The notes under the pieces were generated by a model, which was given only the letters and a program-made list of their open reading frames with translations, was not told the origin of the DNA and searched no databases. From Chrysomallon squamiferum (taxonomy: Eukaryota; Animalia; Mollusca): a stretch of 64,000 nucleotides of DNA. The stretch is taken from contig CM022671.1 of assembly GCA_012295275.1 (NCBI GenBank), positions 3,720,001 to 3,784,000 on the forward strand, given 5' to 3'. The position numbers and the translations under genes are program-made. The number at the start of each line of letters is the position of its first letter. Within the stretch, counting starts at the first letter, position 1. Positions 60,043 to 64,000 of this stretch are shown piece by piece.

Positions 60043-60461
60043 TCATTTTAATTAACTTACATTAACATATAAACTATCAGATGATATTTTATCTTCTTTC
60101 TTCACGTTACGGGGAAACAACAACAACAACAGTTTTCACGGAAAAAGGAAAACAACAACACGGTATATTCCACTTTGATGTACCCAGGGGTATGGACGAG
60201 ACAGTCCCGTCCCACGATACTGGTTAGACAAGTGTTCAGGATAGTGGTGGGTGGGTGTTATTATTAGCTGTCACCCAGTGAGTCACTGCGGAAACAGTCG
60301 AATGATTATTTTATATTTATAGTTACTAATAAAAAACCCACGATGCACCTGTTTGACTCGACAGGTACAGTGACAAGAAACAAACAAAACAAAACAACAC
60401 GAGCCTTTACGGAAAACACACCTCATAATAATTATGATAATTATGCAACCAATCCACTTAC

Positions 60462-60760
60462 CTCGATTTCACAATATCTACGGTATCCGGAATTATAGTA
60501 GTAATAAAGCAGTAACAGGTCACACTCTAATGAGGTCAACAATTCACGCGGAACAATAAAATGGATAGCAGAAATTTCCCGATTGTCAGTCGATATTTTC
60601 CTTGTCGTGTTCTGTAAACTGATTCCTCGGTACACGAAAGACTCTATGAGGTACAAACATGGTGTAAACTTGTTTCAAGTGACCCACCTAGAGCAGTTTT
60701 CGATTCGAGGTCAACAATTTGCCCACTCCCGCATATTTCTTGTCGTTGCTGATTCATTGC
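60462..60760 (-). other. Candidate non-coding first exon of Elk (5' boundary approximate)
   Basis: Perfect GAG|GTAAGT donor at 60461, just downstream of the promoter motif cluster. An in-frame TGA sits just before the donor, so this exon is UTR relative to the Elk frame. Confidence 0.55.
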
Positions 60761-60772
60761 ACGCTCCGTCTC

Positions 60773-60866
60773 CCGGAAGTGTTTTATTTATGGAGGGAAC
60801 TCCCTCTGACGTCGCTCTGACGTCAGAGAATGGTTTATTATCCAAATAAGGTTAGAAGACATCCGC
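60773..60866 (-). promoter_or_regulatory. Elk promoter cluster: ETS + CArG (SRE), two CREs, kappaB-like site, TATA-like element, ETS
   Basis: On the - strand, GCGGATGT (60866-60859) then CCTTATTTGG (60851-60842). Also TGACGTCA 60818-60825, TGACGTCG 60807-60814, GGGAACTCCC 60795-60804, CATAAATA near 60792, CCGGAAGT 60773-60780. Confidence 0.65.
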
Positions 60867-61276
60867 TTTAGGTGACAGCTTAGTAAGAATTAATGTGACA
60901 ATTTCACCCATTACATTATACGTTAATATTTTGAAGCTTTTAATACGTTATCGTTACTTTTTTTTTTTTTTTCTTTCTTTTCCTTTCTTTTTTTCCCTTC
61001 ATTTTTTATAGATAAAGAAATGGGACGTCTTTTTGAATTTTTTATTTTGAATGCAATTATGAACTATAAAAATTAAGTAGAGTGAAATGAAATATTGCAA
61101 ACAGAAAAAAGAAAGAGTTATTTTATTTACCTTAATGTTTAAAAAGGTAAAAAAAAAGTATGCCAGGAGCTTATCTGTAAACTTATAGATTCTGGTATTG
61201 TTACAAAAACTACTAATAGAAACTATTACTTTCTTCTTCTTCTTGCTGTTGTTATTATTATAGTTGTTGTGTTTGT

Positions 61277-61324
<48 letters not shown>

Positions 61325-61550
61325 AACTATTACTACTATTGCTGCTGTTATTAGTACTACTTTATTGTTATTATTACTGTTATCACCGTTACTATTCCAT
61401 TATGACTATTACAGCAACAACAACTACAACTTCTACCACAACACCGCCTATTATTATCACTGTTAAATAACACTAATTTTTTTTTTAGTTAAATCGAGAT
61501 CACCCATGACTTTGTTTATATTGCATCACTATTAGATTCACTGAGTTCCT

Positions 61551-62035
61551 ATTTTTTTAATTTTAATATATTTCTATTAGACGATAGGATAGAAATGGCT
61601 CTTTAATAGAAACAGTCTAACAATATTCTGCACTCTTTCAAATTATATTTTTTTTCCACTACTACTACTGTTTCTTGTACTAGTAGAGTAACAATATTAC
61701 TACTACCTTTGTTAATACTACAATTATTACTATTACTGCTATTACTGGTACTATTACAGTTATTACTATTATTATTAATGTTACTGCTGTTACTGCTACC
61801 ACAGCTACCACTAGTATTAGTACAACTTCTACCTTTATTACTGTTAATATTACTGCCACTATTTCTACTATTATTTGAAGTATTACCGCTGCTTCTCTTG
61901 CTACTAGTTGTAGTACAGATAATCCACTATTTTACGTTACGTTCGGGACACGTTCTCGGACGTTACTCTGAATTTACTTACGTTTCTTTCTTTCTTCGTG
62001 AAATATTACCACCACTTTGTGCGTCTGGCCAAACT

Positions 62036-62070
<35 letters not shown>

Positions 62071-63176
62071 AGGAAATCAACTGTAACGTTTTATTTACAT
62101 TTTCTCAAATTTATTTATTTATTTTTTAGTTAGCGTCAATTGTTTTTTTTTTTTTTGTTGTTTTTTTTGTTATTGTCGTAAGTTCCGATGAACGTAAACC
62201 GCAAAAAGCCGTAAGTATGAGACACGTTCTACTTCTTTACAACTTCCTGAATGAGTCACGTTCTACTTCTACGACAACATCCTTATGATCCTGTAGGATT
62301 CGAACACTATAAACAGTAAATACGTATATGTCATTCCAAATACACTGCGCTGATTGGATCGCTATCAAAACTGAATGGGAGTTCCGTTCTGGTTAGATCC
62401 TGAAGCGAACCACATCTCGAGCGAGTAGCATAATACCCAGTCTTTGCCCACTGTCATCATTCAATAGAAGAACAGTAAACACAAAGAGAAGCTGTTTGCA
62501 TTAATGAAATGAACCTTTGTAGCCAGATGGTACAGGTTCGACACGAGAAATGACAGACACTAGGATGAACTCTTTTCGGTGTCCAAGTTCCAGTCAATGT
62601 TTAACGGCATGTGCTGTCTTATTAAATATACTGCATGATATGAATTATAAAGGAAATTGCACGAAGAATGCGTAGACCGTAATTTAATTTTATTACTGTA
62701 CATTTTGTGGTTTATTAAGAGCCTTCGACAAGAAGCAAGTGAAACATAATTTCGAATATATTTACATTTTTTTTTTTCAGTTTCATATAAAATTGGTGTA
62801 TTTTCTAAGTCGCATATTTGAAACTTATCTTAAGTAGAGAATTTCCATTTAAAGATATATCTGTAAGAAATTTGTAATGTTTGTCATGGCTTTTAATATT
62901 CTAGAATCAGGTGATAACGTAAACAATCTCGTTGCTAATACACAACACATTTTTCACTGTTGCCATGAAAAACAGATTTCAGAATCTTGAAGAAACGAAA
63001 GTTCAAATAGCTAAAAAGTATAGGTACATTACAAATAGTTATTTTGTTTTGTTTTGAAATTGTACAGACATTTTTTAATTTTAATATATTTCCATTAGAC
63101 GTACTGATAGGATGATAGAAATGGCTCTTTAACAGAAACAGTCTAAAAATATTATGCATTCTTTCCAATTAAATTT
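61551..63176 (+). repeat. ~100-bp dispersed direct repeat (61551-61650 and 63070-63176)
   Basis: Shared ttttaatatatttc..attagacg..gatagaaatggctctttaa.agaaacagtctaa.aatatt.tgca.tcttt. Confidence 0.85.
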
Positions 63177-64000
63177 AAAAAAAAAAAAAAAAAAAAAAAT
63201 TCTAGGTCTAATTAGTAAGAAAGTGAGTACACTTTAAAAATATCTCGGCGCCAAAGATAACAAAATATAACGTAGACATATATGTAACACTAAATTTTAT
63301 TAAACTATCTTATAATTGTGATACCTATTTCTCGAAAAAAAAAACACCGTGTGGTTATATCATTTTAAATTTAACAAATTTACTTTCCGCTCACCCAGTG
63401 TTGTTTGGGTTTATTTATTTCGTTCGTTCTTTCTTATTTTTTTTTTTTTTTTAAATCAATTTGCTTTATTATTTTGTTGTTTATTAATCCCCGGATTAAA
63501 TTATATGTCGTGCTTTTCCAGAATAGTTAATTTTGACATTCTAAACCGAGATTTGGTCACACTTTATTTGTAAGCCCTGGGAAATTTTGGTTAAACACTT
63601 GGGGTATTTTAACATTGTTATAAGGCGTTTTTTTTGTTGGTTTTTTGTGGGATTTTTTATAAATTTTATTATTTTTGTTTTTTTTACTCCTTTCTTGTTT
63701 TTGTTTTTTTTCAATAGAAATTTTAAACATTTTCAACTGAGTTTACACTGTAACGTATGTGAGCTATATTATAATAAGCAGAATTTCTGTTTGTTAGATA
63801 GAAATGTTTATTCCATTTCTATCCTGATTTTAACTGTAATGTATATCAAACAGAACCTTTACTGTGTTCGTGCTTCAAACGTAATTAAAGAAACTGGAAC
63901 CAAATACTCATGAGAAATTATTCCGATTCAACAGAGAAAGTTTGTTCTGTTTTAAAGAATTCTTCGAATAATTTATTATTTATCTGTTGCAAACCGTCTC

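Overview
AT-rich, microsatellite-dense animal genomic DNA with spliceosomal GT-AG introns. The repeat style and proteins suggest a mollusc or other lophotrochozoan (inference). Nearly all ORFs in the supplied track are microsatellite or shadow artefacts. Two real genes are present, arranged tail-to-tail. (1) On the + strand, an MFSD4A-like major facilitator transporter: 10 phase-consistent coding exons from 16696 to 33579 (about 453 aa); its 5' exon(s) were not found in the window. (2) On the - strand, an Elk/TCF-subfamily ETS transcription factor whose 329-aa core is in one exon (48357-47368). It has candidate upstream exons (51277-51155, 54091-54029, about 56337-56289, about 60760-60462) and a compact promoter carrying a c-fos/egr-type serum response element, CREs, a kappaB-like site and an ETS site. 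The rest is SINE/LINE/MITE debris, minisatellites and simple repeats. Most interesting: the convergent MFSD4-Elk pair mirrors human MFSD4A-ELK4 (possible ancient microsynteny); Elk appears to be driven by its own SRE; in-frame cassette exons predict an N-terminally extended Elk; and two minisatellites appear to have been amplified from MFSD4 splice junctions. No prokaryotic-type system (CRISPR etc.) is present.
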